Shown here: piece by piece, positions 1-12,535 of the stretch | Position numbering within the stretch: the first letter of the stretch is position 1 | Layout of the letters: the number at the start of each line of letters is the position of its first letter | NCBI GenBank assembly: GCA_965240325.2 | Contig: OZ251222.1 | Coordinates: 3,906,001-3,970,000 of the forward strand | DNA from: Rebecca billardiae RCC1528 | Lineage: Eukaryota; Protista; Haptophyta | Length of the DNA stretch: 64,000 nucleotides | Direction: 5' to 3' | The notes under the pieces: model-generated | Databases searched by the model: none | Told to the model about the DNA's origin: nothing | Seen by the model: the letters and a program-made list of their open reading frames with translations, nothing else | Made by a program: the position numbers and the translations under genes

Positions 1-150
1 GACACGCGAAGTTACGCACATGTAAGGCGCAAAGTTAGGCGCATGTGATGCGCGGAGAGGTTAGGCGCAGTGAGGCGCAAAGACACGCGCATGTAAGGAG
101 CAAAGTTACGCGCATGTGACGCTCGGAGAAGTTGGGCGCAGGCTGACACG
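1..150. repeat. Degenerate ~71-bp tandem repeat built from AAAGTTA(G/C)GCGCATGT-like subunits
   Basis: TGTAAGG(C/A)GCAAAGTTA(G/C)GCGCATGTGA occurs at 21 and 92. The repeat runs off the window start. Confidence 0.6.
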
Positions 151-364
151 CAGCCGCGCGAGTGCGGGCTCAGGCGAGCGGCGGCGAGCGGCGGCGGCGT
201 GCGTGACACGAGCATGCCGCGTGCGAGCGGCTTGGTCCGTATCGATATGCGCCCCGCCTTCGCGCGCTGCCGAAGGACGTAGAAGTAGCAGCATGGATGT
301 GGCCACTGCCCGCCCCGCCGAAGCGCGCTCCATCCACAGCTCGAGCGAGGTGGCGGAAGGTGAT

Positions 365-1113
365 GATGAGTGCGCTCTCGCGCGAGCGAAGCAGACGGCG
401 ATGAGCGCTGAGTGACCGCGACGGACGCCCGCGCACCGGCACCTCCCGCGGCGCCCCGCTGCGCGCTCAGCCGCCGGACGCTGCAGGAGGAGTAGCACTG
501 ATGCACTCGTCGTCATCCCCAGGATACAAGCGCGCTCGAGCTCGAGCGAAGCAGAAGGCGCGGAGCGCGCGGCTCGTTCGAGCGAAGCAGAGGGTGGTGA
601 GCTAGGAGCGCGCACGACGGGCGGCAGCGCACCGCTCCCTCGCGCTCCGCTCCGCTGTGCGCCCAGCGCCGGAAGCCGCAGGGGACCCCGAAGCAGCACT
701 GGTGCAGTTGCATGAGGCCGGGCGTGATGAATGCGCTGAGGGCGCTCTCGCTCGAGCGAAGCAGACGGCGATGAGCGCTGAGTGACCGCGACGGACGCCC
801 CTGCACCGGCACCTCCCGCGTCGCCCCGCTGTGCGCTCGGCCGCCGGACGGTGCAGGAGGACGCCGAAGCAGCACGGATGCACGCGTCATCCCCAGGATA
901 AAAGCGCGCTGGCGCACGAGCGAGGCAGAATGCGCGGAGCGCGCGCCTCGCTCGAGCGAGGCAGAGGGTGGTGACGAGCGAAGAGCGCGCACGATGGACG
1001 GCAGCGCACCGCCCCCTCACACTCCGCTCCACTGTGCGCCCAGCGCCGGAAGCCGCAGGGGACCCAGAAGCAGCACGGGTGCAATTTCATGAGGCCGGGC
1101 GGGATGAATGCGC
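365..1113. repeat. Two-copy ~370-bp tandem duplication, probably transposon interior
   Basis: GCAGACGGCGATGAGCGCTGAGTGACCGCG at 391 and 761. CATGAGGCCGGGCG.GATGAATGCGC at ~711 and ~1088. Confidence 0.85.
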
Positions 1114-2074
1114 GCGCTGCTCGCCACACCGAGGGGACACCGAGGAACGAAGAACGAAGGAGGCGGAGGAGCGCCGCTGGCTGTCCGTGAGTGTGCCGGC
1201 GCCGCCGCGGCCTGCCGCCCGGGGGCCCCGGGCCCGGGCGGGGCCGCTGTGCTCAGGCGTCGGCCGGGGCAGGGTGCGCCGGGGGGCAGTCGCGGCGGAA
1301 GCGGTCGACTGCACGACGTGGGCTGCCCTGACCGGCCCCGAAGGTGCGCCTGTCACGCCGAGGGTCGGCCCGCCTGCAGGTACGCTCACTTTCCGCTTGG
1401 TACCCGCGCCGCAAAGGCGAGCTGCTTCCGACTCACATCTCGTCGCCGTCCGGTCACTCCGGCGATGCCGCTGCGAGCGCCGAGCCCGCGTCCGGCCGGG
1501 TACCCCCACCTAGCGGGGAGGGGCACGGGCGGCGGCGGAGCAGCGACGCGGCAGTCATAACGCGATAACCGCCGCGGACTGCCAAACCCACCACTCCCGT
1601 CGCGTCGGCCATCGCCCCGAAAACCTGCACACGTCGGTCGTCCTTGCGACGGCGGCAGGTTTTGAGCTCGCCAGCTCGGTAAGTCAGTGACTATGGAATG
1701 GGCTGGCAACGAATAGCTGCGCGGGTATTTTCAATAAGGCTTGCGGGTTTTAGACTCTAGATAGTGATACCAACCGCCGCGAAGCCAAGTTCGTATTCAT
1801 CAAGGCGGAGGCAAACTATGATATACATGGATGTATACGAAGCGCTGTAAATGTTCTCAAGCGAATACGACCCCGTGATGAAGATTTTGCCGCTAACGAT
1901 GATGTGTAAAAATAGCCTCAAAGAAGCTGACGCTTGTATTGGACTTGTAACCGTCCTGAGACTTCACACTCACGCCCGGCCGTCCACGATTGATTAGGGG
2001 AATGTCGTGGGCGCGGTTTTTTCTCCGTAAGACATGTGTAGAGAGGGTCTCAAAAATCGAAACCCGGTCTCCGC

Positions 2075-2188
2075 CAGCCCTAAAAATCGCCCCCCGCCCC
2101 TTTTTTCTTGATCAAAGATCTTTTTGAAACGTGGTTCGGGCCCACGGAGCGGGCTCCACGCTGCGCGCTCCGCCCTGCACCGCGGGCC
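2075..2188. mobile_element. Right end of a GGC-terminated TIR element (same family as 56778-60203)
   Basis: About 115 bp homologous to 60089-60203 (CAGCCCTAAAAATCG...TTGATCAAAGATCTTTTTGA...GGGCTCCACGCT.CGCGCTCCGCCCTGCACCGCGGGCC). Terminal TGCACCGCGGGCC is at 2176-2188. The left end was not found in the window. Confidence 0.75.
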
Positions 2189-2293
2189 ACTAAGTAGTAC
2201 TACTGGCGCGCAGCGAATTAGATCAATAAGGGCTCCGGCGGCTGCTCGCTCGTGCAGCAGGCTTCGATCACGCGCAGCCTGACACAGCCGCCG

Positions 2294-3334
2294 TCATAAT
2301 GAGCAATCCACAGGCGGCTTGGTGACAACTGTCGCTGCCAGGGCAGTGAAGTTGAGCTTGGCGTGATGCGCCTTGAAGGGGCGCTGTAGCAGCCCCCATG
2401 ACACCGCCTTGCGGCCAGGGCGAAGATTGAGTACCTTCACGCGGCCAGTTGTCACGAGCGCATCGCAGACGATCCCCCGCCTAGCGAGATGAAAGGTGTG
2501 TGCCGTCTCACTCGCAAACGGCTTTGGCTGGTCGACATAGCGCCATGGGCACTCGTCGAGACCGTCGTATCGACAGCCACAGCTCTCGATCCACCAGTTC
2601 GTGCCATTCCTCCATCCAGCGCAGTCGGGGTGCGCACGGGCTCGTGCAACATACCTCGCGGCCTCATCTGGGAGCACGGCGTCTCGCCAGCTGGTCCCGT
2701 TGGCAGGGATACCAGAGCAGCCGCCGCGGCGCGGCCAGTTGGTGTACAGCAAGCACGTCTCTGAGTACATGTCTGCGTACGCGGCCATCAGGTCCGCTGG
2801 GCGAGCTACGAACGCGCGATCTGTCCACGCGAGCACCACGCCACTGCGCCCAGCGAACCAGGACACGATCGCGTGCACTGCAGGGATCTCAGCCACGATG
2901 TCGGTCCGCCACCTGAGGACAAAGTCGTATTTGGAGAAGTCAAACCGCTGCAGCGCCACAGCGAGATGGTACCACTGCAACGCGTTCGTGGGCATGAACG
3001 ACAGTGTGCCAGTCTGAGTAATCCGGTCGGCGATGAGCACGACCTGGTCTCGTGATCGAACCAGGTTCCGCGCCAGCCAGGCGTACTCCAAATATGTCAC
3101 GACATGCACATCTAGCTTCAAGACCTGCGCACGGAAGCCGATGAACTGCTTCTCGGACCTGAAGCGCAGGAGACCCGTCAGCACGACCGCCATGGAGGGC
3201 TCGGAGGCTCGCTGGGCTGCCAATACCTCCATGGACCGCTGGACATCGGGCTTCTGCTCGGAGCTACCGCTGGCGAGCGTGAGGAGTGCAATGGCGATCG
3301 CCGGCCGGGCTGGCATGCCCGCCATCGTTCCCAT
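2294..3334 (-). CDS. Intronless secreted/membrane-anchored putative glycosyltransferase-like protein
   Basis: N-terminal hydrophobic segment (AIAIALLTLAS), MAVVLTGLLR and YDFVLRWRTDI motifs typical of an uncharacterised GT-like family (A-x-x-x-x-G-x-x-R ... YD-x-x-x-R-x-R-x-D). Start is one of the ATGs at 3334/3325/3316. Confidence 0.6.
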   Translation of the reverse strand: MGTMAGMPARPAIAIALLTLASGSSEQKPDVQRSMEVLAAQRASEPSMAVVLTGLLRFRSEKQFIGFRAQVLKLDVHVVTYLEYAWLARNLVRSRDQVVLIADRITQTGTLSFMPTNALQWYHLAVALQRFDFSKYDFVLRWRTDIVAEIPAVHAIVSWFAGRSGVVLAWTDRAFVARPADLMAAYADMYSETCLLYTNWPRRGGCSGIPANGTSWRDAVLPDEAARYVARARAHPDCAGWRNGTNWWIESCGCRYDGLDECPWRYVDQPKPFASETAHTFHLARRGIVCDALVTTGRVKVLNLRPGRKAVSWGLLQRPFKAHHAKLNFTALAATVVTKPPVDCSL

Positions 3335-3417
3335 TCGGCCATTCGGTCCACTGGCGATTAGTGGCGAATTGAGAATGCACGGTTCGCAACTCGCGGCGAT
3401 CGAGTTTTGCTGGCGCG

Positions 3418-4131
3418 ATGGCGGCGCCGACGGTCTTCGGCGACGAGGTCCTGGAGGTGGAGCACTTCGACCCGAACTGGCGGCTGCCACTGCCGGGTGG
3501 TGAGCCGCGCCTCTCGAGCCTTACCGTGATGGACTACTTCTGTGACACGACCCGCAACTGCCCAGGCTTCTACGACACTGAGTGTGACAACGAGCTTGTC
3601 GTACGTCAGCCAGCCGTGTCCGTGGCATTGACCCGCCTCAATGAGCAGGAGGCGAATCTCTTCCATCCCGGACGCTGGTCATTCGCAGCGTACCAAAGTG
3701 TCAGGCGAGAGCGCCGCGCGCTGCTCGCCAATGCGCTTCGCTCGCTTGGAGGTGTTCAGTACGAGCTGGTTGATGCGCTCACGCAGGAGGACCGTGATGC
3801 TTCAGCAGCTTGCGTGTACGTCGTGCAAAAAGTGCGACGGCAGGACAAGAATACCACGCATCCCGTCGCGGTCTACATCATCATCGATGGCATCATCCGC
3901 CGTTCACCCGACATGCACACGCTCGTGCAGGCGCGCCTGGCTGCGTGTGCTCGGCACCTAGCTTGCGCTGCCGGCGTGGCCGACAAGCTTGCGAGGAGGC
4001 AATTTGCGCGTATGGTCGGTGACAGCGCGCTGCGACCAGACGATGCCGGTGTTACCGACGAGACTGGGAATGGTATCCCCGGCACTGATCCAGCAGGTCT
4101 CGACCCGACTTCCCCAACATTGAATCGATGA
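3418..4131 (+). CDS. MED6: Mediator of RNA polymerase II transcription subunit 6
   Basis: VMDYF...FYDTECDNE, GVQYEL, YVVQKVRR, YIIIDGIIRRSPDMHTLVQARL follow the Med6 consensus in order. 237 aa, intronless. Confidence 0.85.
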   Translation: MAAPTVFGDEVLEVEHFDPNWRLPLPGGEPRLSSLTVMDYFCDTTRNCPGFYDTECDNELVVRQPAVSVALTRLNEQEANLFHPGRWSFAAYQSVRRERRALLANALRSLGGVQYELVDALTQEDRDASAACVYVVQKVRRQDKNTTHPVAVYIIIDGIIRRSPDMHTLVQARLAACARHLACAAGVADKLARRQFARMVGDSALRPDDAGVTDETGNGIPGTDPAGLDPTSPTLNR

Positions 4132-4798
4132 CGACGTTGCGTGCCGTGGGTGTGACCAGGACTGAATGGTTTCGTCCGGCAGTTCCGGTTCGAGCCACTG
4201 GGCACTGGCAGCAATAATGCCAACATTGATGTCACAGGATGCCAGTACTACGTACATCCTCGGAATCGGACTTTATCGTCGGATGAATCGTACCGACTCG
4301 TCATCAGCAGTGTGTCTTATAGCAGTCACTGCTGTCAGTATAGCAGTGTCTCACTGTCTGTCCGACATACCGATCACTGCTCACGGCATGGCCATGTGCC
4401 GTGATGTGGCAGTCACACTCACTGCCACTGGCCCGCCAGTGCCGCGGCGTAACTAGCTAGCTTCGCACGGTGACCCGTGTCGCAGACCGGGACACGGATC
4501 GGGCGCCGGCCGACGCGTGGACCGTCGCGGATGAAATTCGATGATACTGTATCGATCAAAGATTGACGCGACGACACGATTCATGCGCTGCGCTGCTGAC
4601 GAGTGACGAGCAGTCCGCGCTGCGTCGCGCGTATTATATATATATATATAGTAATTAATACGCGGTATATATATATATATCGATCGCCATCATCGTCGAT
4701 CACAGCGCACTCGGTGACGCGGCATCAATAAGTGTGACGCGGACCTGACGACGAGACTGCTGAGCCTGAACCCGGCGGCAGCGGGCGGCCCATCAGCG

Positions 4799-7700
4799 TT
4801 ATTGCGCGGAGGCGCCCGGAGGCTGGGCGGCGATGGTCGAGCCCGAGCGCTGAACGGAGGCTCCAGGCTGGCCGCCGACCAGCGAGCTCGAGGATGGCGC
4901 CCTGTTCTGTCGCGTCGGCATGGCCACCGAGCTGCGCCGCCCGCCCGCTGCGCCCGTCAGGGCGCTCATACTCGCGCCGGGCATGATGCTTGGCTTGCGC
5001 GAGGACGAGGGCGTGCCGTTCGGCTGCGAGTCCTTCCGCGAGCTCCGGCTCGAGTCGCGCAGGTTGCCCATCGTCATCGACTGCGTCAGGCTCTTAGGCC
5101 CGGCCGCGGGCCTGTTGGACCCGTCAGGCGCGTGGCGCGGGCTCCTGGAGCGCCGCCGCGCCGAGGCGAGCAGCACCTTCGCCCCGCCCTGCAGCTCGGC
5201 GACCGAGCTCTGCGCGCGCTTGAGGGCGGTGTTGTCGGGGAGCGAGCCTCGCCGAGACAGCAGCGCCGACGGCTTCTCGTCGAGCAGCGCCGCCGGCAGC
5301 TCGACCGTCGGCACGAGCCCGGGCGCGCCCGCGAGCATCACGTCTGCGAACGCGCCCTTCAGCATCGCGTCGCCCACCGCCGGGTCCGTCTCCTCCGACG
5401 CCTTGTGCACCTTGATGAAGATGGACTGCACGGCGGAGGAGGGCACAGCGCCGTCCACCGCGCGCATCAGCTCGCCAAACTCGGCCGCGGAGAGCACGCC
5501 GTCGCCGTTCGTGTCGTGCTCGTCGAAGAGCGCGTCGAGCCTCGAGCGGTTGGACGCCATCTGCTCGTCGTACGCGTCACAGAGCGCGTGCAGCAGCGCG
5601 GAGAGAGGCAGCCCGCGCGGCCGGCGCGTGAGCGGGTCGTCGCGCTCGGCGCCGGCCTCGACGGCAAAGTTCCGGATGGCTGGCACCTGCTCGTCCATGT
5701 GCTGCGTGCGCGAGAGCACCGTGTCGATCGACTGGCACTCGACCGCCTCGTCCGAGCCGTCGAGTGCCTCGACCTCCACAAAGCGGGGCGGGCCCGAGAG
5801 GTGCACGCACACCTCGTCTGCGGCCTGCAGCGCGCTCTGCGCGCATTCGGGAGGGCCGGGGGGCGGGAGGGGGGGTCGGGGGTCGGAGGGGTCCGGTCCG
5901 CAGGTGAGTGGTGCTTGCGTGTGTGCGCGTGCGCGTGCTGCGCGTGCGCATGCGTGCCGCGCCTCGGCGCGCGGCGCGCACCCTCGCCGCCTGCGCGCTG
6001 CCAAACGTCGCGCCGACCGCCCTCACGGCCAGCTGCAGCCGCCCCTCCTCGAACGGCATCGCGTCGTCCACCAGCGAGCTGACCAGCCCAAACTGGCGGA
6101 TGCGCGCGTTGGCCGCGTGGTGCTTCTGCACGCCCGCGATCAGCTCGGCGATGCGCACGCGCGCGAGCGACTTGGCGCCTGCGCGGCGCGGCGCGCGGTG
6201 GGCGCGGTGGGCGGCGAGTGGGGGGGGGCGCGTCGGCGGCCGAGCGCGCCGCGGCCGCGGGCGCGCGCGGCGAGGGCGCGCCGCTGCGGCCGCGCGCGCC
6301 GCTCGGTGCGCGGCGCGCGCCGCGCACCGGTCTGCTTGATGAGTGTCATGAAGACAAAGGAGGACCACGCCTGCAGCCGCACGCCCGACTGCGCGCTCGA
6401 GACCGTCTGCGCCAGCCGCTCGCTGTACAGCTCGGCGATCAGCTCGAGCAGCTTGGTCGCCGAGAGCGGCGGCGCGTGCGCGGCCATGTCTGCAAACACG
6501 TGCAGCGGAGGCGCGAGCGCGCCGACCGACTCCCACGCGTTGAGCCGCCTGGGCGCGCGCGTCGGCGGCGCGACGCTCACCCTGCGCTCGCTCTTGACCC
6601 GCCGCGCGGGCCTCGCCGCGCCGAGCGCCAGCGCCTTCCTCCGCACGTCGATCTCGCCGTCCGAGTGCCGCCTGAAGATGCGCACGTCCTCGGCGGACGT
6701 CTGCGTGCCCGCGTGCGCGTGTTTGTACTTGGGCGGCACCTCCCACTCCGCCGAGATGAGCGCCTGCACGTCCTCCTCCTCGGGGGGCACAAGGAAGGTG
6801 GCGCGCTCGGCGGCGGTGCGCAGCGGGAAGCGCTCGATGCACGAGAGGCGCGAGCGCTCGCTCAGCGCGTTGAAGAGCCGCTCGAGCCGCATCGTGCGCA
6901 CGTCCGGCCCCTGCTGCGTCCACAGCGAGTAGAGCAGCCGCAGCAGTCGCTCGGTCTGCGGCCGCTCGGCGCGGAGCAGCGACTGCACAAAGTCCTCCTC
7001 GAGCACGTCGCGGTACGCCAGCGAGCCCGTCACGTGCGCGTGCTTGGGCAGCCTCGAGTGCGGCAGCGCGAGCGGCGCGTACTCGTCGAGCACCGGCAGC
7101 GCCCACGGCTGCCTGAGCAGGTGCGACAGCATCGCCAGCTGCTCGTCCCGGTCCATCTCGCCCAGCAGCTCGCCCACCATGCGCACGCGCGTGCGCGCGG
7201 GCGGCGGCGAGCGCGAGCGCGAGGTGGACGCGCTCGCGCCGGTGACCGCGGTGGCGGGCGGCGGCGCGGCGGGCGCGGCGGCGGGCGCGGCGGCGGGCGC
7301 GGCGGGCGCGGCGGGCGCGGCGGGCGCGGCGGGCGCGGCGGGTGCGGCGGCGGGCGCGGCGGCGCCGTCGGCCGCCGCGGGCACACCCACGGCCGCCCTC
7401 GCCGCCGCCGCCTCCGCGCGCGCGGCCGCCTTCGCGATCACGCTCGGCCGCCTCCTCCGCATCTCCTCGAGCTCCTCCGCCGAGTTCGCCTTCGTGCGCG
7501 GGTCGAAGACGATCAGCTTGATCCGCTCGGCCGCGGGCGCCTCTCGCTTCGCCTTGGAGCGCGCAAACTGCAGCTTGGCCTCGCTCGCCACGATCTGCGT
7601 GAGAGAGTCCTCGAGGTCCTTCGCGTCTAGGACGACGGACTCGGTCTCGGCGGTGAGCTCGTCGATCTGCACCGTCAGCCGCTCGATCTGCTTCTGCTTC

Positions 7701-8548
7701 GCCTCGGTCGCGAGCACGCGCGGCATCACCCGCTGCCCAAACGCCGAGTACGCCGCCGACAGCCGCGCGAGCAGCTCGCCGCGCTCGACCGTGTGGATCG
7801 AGATCTGGCGCGTCGCGTCGGCGAGCGCGCGGTCGCAGCCGCGCAGCCTCGCGAGCACGTCGGGGCCCGCCGCTCGGAGCGCCGCCTCGAGCGCGCTCGC
7901 GACGGCGCGCACGTGCGAGAGGTTCGCCGGGCGCAGCTGGCTCATCGGCGGCAGCGCGCGCGGCGCGGCCGAGGGCGAGCTGCCGCCCGGCGAGAGCCGC
8001 GGCGCTGCCACCGCGGCGGCGGCGGCGGCGGCGGCGGCGGGCCTGCGGTAGGCGAGGTGCTCCGGCAGGACGAGCGCGGTCTTATCGACCTGCGCGCCGC
8101 CTGCGCCGCCCTTTCGCCCCGCCTCGCGCTTGGTCGGGCTGGTCGCGCCGGTCGCGCTCACGGGCAGGCCGCGCGGCGGCGATCCGAGGCCGCCAACGAG
8201 CCGCACGCGACGCGGGCTGCGCGACGGCGAGCGCGACGGCTGGTGGCGGGACGGGCTCGCCAGCGATGGTGGCACGACTATCCGCGGCACCCTCCCGCCC
8301 GCGCGCCTCGCCGCAGCCGCCGCCGGCGAGGCGCCGCCATCGTCGCCGCCCGCGTTGGATGCGCGCGGCGAGCCAAGCGGCCCCAGCCACTTGGGCGGCG
8401 CGAGCGTCGGGCCGTTGGTGGGCGGGGCTGCGGGTCGGGGCGAGCGCGACGGGCGCGTGAGCAGCTCGGCCGTGCTCACGCGCTCCCCCGGATCCGTCCA
8501 TATCTGCGGCGGGCGATGCACCACCAGTGGTGGCGGGGCCTTCGCCAT
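4799..8548 (-). CDS. Coiled-coil protein with axonemal dynein light chain-like (TSNAXIP1/AXDND1-type) segment and C-terminal EF-hand, ~1151 aa
   Basis: Exons 8548-6328, 6178-5982, 5836-4799, with GT-AG introns that restore frame. ATRQISIHTVERGELLARL motif; EF-hand loop DTNGDGVLSAAE. Confidence 0.7.
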
Positions 8549-9953
8549 CGTTATCGAGTCACCACTGTACGACGGTCCAGTTTCGCGAAACAGGCAACGG
8601 AGAGGCACGAGCGAGCACTTGCGTCCGGGCGCTCCGTGCACGCGCGTGGCTGCCGCGGGCGCGCAGGCGCTCGCAGGCGCGGTGCGCGGCCACGGCGCGC
8701 TGTGATGGCTCTGCTTGGACCACAACAGCGCGCTGGGCGATGCAGGTGGCGCAACACTTGCAGCAGCGCTCCCTGCAATGCCGCGCCTCGAATACTTCGG
8801 GGGTGTACAATATGACGCGGGCCTGGCCGACACGGGCGCGCGCGCGCATGCGTGACGTGCGCGCACTGCGAGGCGCAGGGGCGCTCCGCGTGCTCGAGCT
8901 GCGACAGATCCCGCGTATCGGCCGCGCGCGGTGCGCAGCACTGCGCATGCTGAGCGCCGGGCGCCAGGACGATGCTGCCGCGGGCGGTCGCGCCAGCATG
9001 GGATTGCGGCTGCAGGTCGATCACCTGCGGGCGATCGCGGAGCGGGCGCTATGGCTGACGCAGGGTCTGGGCAATTTCGGCTGACAGCTGCCATGACGGC
9101 GCACTCGTCACCAGCTGCAATCGCACCGCTCGGCGGAGCTCTCGGCCTCTTGCCCCAGACACTCTTGCTTGGCTCGGCTGGCAGTACAGTCTGGTATTCG
9201 TGCGGCGACGGCCGCTAGTCGCTACCAGGCTCCGGTTAGCGTGGTCTGCGTGACGGCCGGCCCAACGACCTCAATGTCGTGTGAGTGGCTGGTGCGGACC
9301 CTGCGTGCATGTACCCGCGTCCCGCCGGAAGCCGAAGCGCGTGCATGCTGCGGCCTGACCGGCCACCGGGCCGCGCGCGCCTTGACCGCGTGTTGTGGCT
9401 ATGCCGCCCGGCACCAGTATGCGCGCACGCACGCCGCATGATGACGCCACATTGTCAGTCACGGCTCGCGCACCAGCTGCGGGAGGTCGCGCGAGTACTA
9501 CTCTGTACGGCCAACCCTCATTCGCCGTGCTGCCCTGCTTTTTACTTGTGCGAAAAAGACATCATCGTCGTCAAGAAAAATCAGGCGTGGCCGAGGTTCC
9601 GTCAATCTTGGGAAAAGATTCGTCGCGACGGACGGCCAATTAATACGCCGATTGGTGCACAGTATCTAGTATCTACAGTCAAACAAGGTACGACGTAACC
9701 GTACCGTATCAACAAGACGACCTTGATTGATTTTCATTTTTCTGACGACTGCTCGAGCCGCGGCGAAGGAGCATGTACAAAAAAGGAGGTTGATGCAATG
9801 ATTCATCAGTACATTCATAAGTGCTTTTGACTTTTCGCTTGACGTCGTCACAGCAAGGCCAGGGTGGAAATTGGCACCCCCGAAGCCCAGCGCATTCGAC
9901 GGAACCGGGCCACAGCGGGCCGGGGCGGTGCCCACCGCCGCGGGTGCAAGCTC

Positions 9954-12535
9954 ATGGCGAGTCGACGCGTGAACCACGCAGTCACCCCCGCCGCCAGGGA
10001 GGCGGTGGCGGCGGGGGGCGAGAGATCTTCTCGCATGGCGAGCGAGGCCGTCAGACAAGGCGGTGCCAATACGCCGAGCCGCGCGCCCACCCCGCTCCCA
10101 CCGAGCGCGCAGTGCTCTGGGTCTGATGGCACGCCGATCGTGATTACGGCGAGTGCCACGCCGACGGCTTCTTCGCCGCTCGTGCACTCTACCTTGCTGC
10201 TCACGTCGGAGCAGCTGAGCGAGCCTGGCATCGGCAGGTTATACGCGCTCAAGCTACCCGGCCCGTCCCTCGCGACGGCCGGCCGGGCGACCCCCGTCAA
10301 CGGCTCCACGCCGTCCGGATCGCCCCGGCCGCACGCCGAGCTGGGCGGCGCGTTGCCGGCGTCCGTGCCCGCGGCGGGCGGGGAAGCGGCGCTCGCGAGC
10401 ACGGTCGCGGGGGACTGCAGGCTACCGCTGCCGGCCGAGTACACGGTGGGCGCGCGCACGACGTCGTGCAGCTCGCCTGTCACCTCGTCGCCGCTCATCC
10501 GGCCATGCCCGCAGCCGTCCGCGCTGCCGCTGAGCGCGCTGAGCGTGCTGCCGCCGCTCGACAGGGAGCGCACGCGCTCACTGCCCAACATGGAGAAGCC
10601 GACCTCGCGCCGCGGCTCCGCCGACAGCGCGCGCGTCCTTCCCATACGCACGGCCGCCCTGCAGCGCACGCTCGGCGGCGCCTCGTCGGCGGACGCCAAG
10701 GACAGCCCGCACGCGAGCTCTGCGCGCCCGAGGCGCACCGGCGTCTCCTCGAACGAGGAGCTGCGGCGGCGGAACGCGGAGAGCATCCGCGTGGTGCTCC
10801 GCGAGGCGCGCTCGCAGGCGCGCGAGTTCCGCGTGCGCGTGCAGCTGCCCATGCTCGCCGTGGGCTGCGGGGTCACGCTTCTCGGGCTGGCGGCCGCGCC
10901 CGTGCTCGCCCTGCTGCGCAGCTGCGCGCTAATCGGGGCGGCCGTTGCGCTGCCCGGGCTGCTGCTGCTGCTGCTCGCGCTCGTGCCGTCGCAGCCGCGC
11001 ACGGTGCGGCTCGCCGCCGCGATGGCGGCGGGCGTGAGCGCGTGCGCCGCGGCGCTGCACGCCGCCCACGCCATGTCGGCCGTGGCGACGCTCACGGCGC
11101 CGGCCGGCGGCTCGGCCGCGCTGTCTGGCGTGTGCCCTGCGGGCGGCGCGTGGCTGAGCCGAGGGGCGCTCGTGCCGTGCTGGTGGGTGCACGCGGTGAT
11201 TGGCGTGCGCGCGGCGCGGAGCGCGGTGCACGGGCTGTGCGCGCTCGCGCTCGCCGTCGCGCTCGGCCGTGCGCTCCCCGCACGCGCCGTGCTCCGCGCG
11301 CTCTGGGCCTCGGCCGCGTGCGTGGGGCTCTTCTCGTTTGCCGCCCTCTCCGCGCTCAGCCTGGGGCTGGCGCTCGCGGCCGGGCTGCACGAGCTCGCGC
11401 CGGAGCTGCTCGCGGTGCACGCGACGCTGGCGTTCGAGGGGCTGGTGGTCGGCGCGCTCGCCCTCTCGCCGCGCTTCCGCACGCGCGTGCACGCCTGGCT
11501 CGCCTCGCGCGCCGAGGGCGTCTCGGCTGCCGCCACGATCTCGTCCGTGCTGGGCACGCACTCGGTGGAGAGCGTGCTGCCGACCGCGCAGGATGCGTTC
11601 CGCTGCATCTCGCTCGACGAGCTCGCGCTCGCGGACATCTCGTCCGCCGAGCCAGACATCGCGCTGTACCGCCGCTCGCGCCCGGCCGCGCTCGGCGAGG
11701 TGGACGCGTTCATCTCGCACTCGTGAGCGCACGTGCACGCGCACCGCGCTGCCGCGCGCGCGTGCACGGCCGCGCGCCGACGGCGCAGCGCGCGCGCCGC
11801 GCGCTCCAGTGCTCACGGCGCGCACGCGCTCCCCGCCGGCGCCCCCCTTCCCCCGCGCGCGTGCGCGCCGCCAGGTGGCACGACGACCCGGCCGCCAAGT
11901 TCGAGGCGCTGCAGGCGTGGCGCGCCGACTTCAAGGCGGCGCACAAGCGCGAGCCGACGATCTGGCTGGACAAGTTCTGCATCCACGCGGACGCGGTCGC
12001 GGACACGCTGCCGCTGCTGCCCGTCTTCCTCGCGGGCTGCAGCACGTTTGTGATCCTGTGCGGGGACACGTACATGCGCAGGCTGTGGTGCGCGGCCGAG
12101 CTGTACATCTTCTTCACGATGGGCGGCGTGCCCGCGCAGGTCTCCCTACACCTCTTCGGCGCCTCCTCCGCCGCCGCGCTCGAGGCGTTTGAGGTGCGCG
12201 ACGCGACGTGCCAGAGCAGGCAGGACCTCGAGCGGCTCGTCACGATGGTCGAGGCCGGGCCGGGCGGGCTGGACGGCTTCAACGACGTGGTGCGCAACGC
12301 GCTCGCGACGCTGTCGAAGCAGAGCACCACGCGCAGCTCGGTCACCTCCACCAGCAGAGCCTCCACCGGCACCACCGGCAGCCGCGACGGGCACAAGGAG
12401 CTCGGCGCGTCGATGGGGCCGAAGGGCGACGCGATCGTCCAGACGCCTCCCAAGGCGCTCGTTCACAGCACGAGCACCGCCACGCGCACTGCGTCAGCGC
12501 CGTCGATGTCGTCATGGCTGAGTCATGGCACCTGA
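9954..12535 (+). CDS. Multi-pass membrane protein with C-terminal TIR-like domain, ~809 aa
   Basis: Exons 9954-11722 and 11875-12535. About 6-7 hydrophobic helices at ~10840-11470, then DAFISHSWHDD...WLDKFCI...PVFLAGCSTFVILCGDTYMRRLWCAAE. Confidence 0.8.

Noticed and set aside
1-150. TTAGGC words as telomeric repeat
   Set aside because: They are isolated words within a longer degenerate unit, not a tandem telomere tract.
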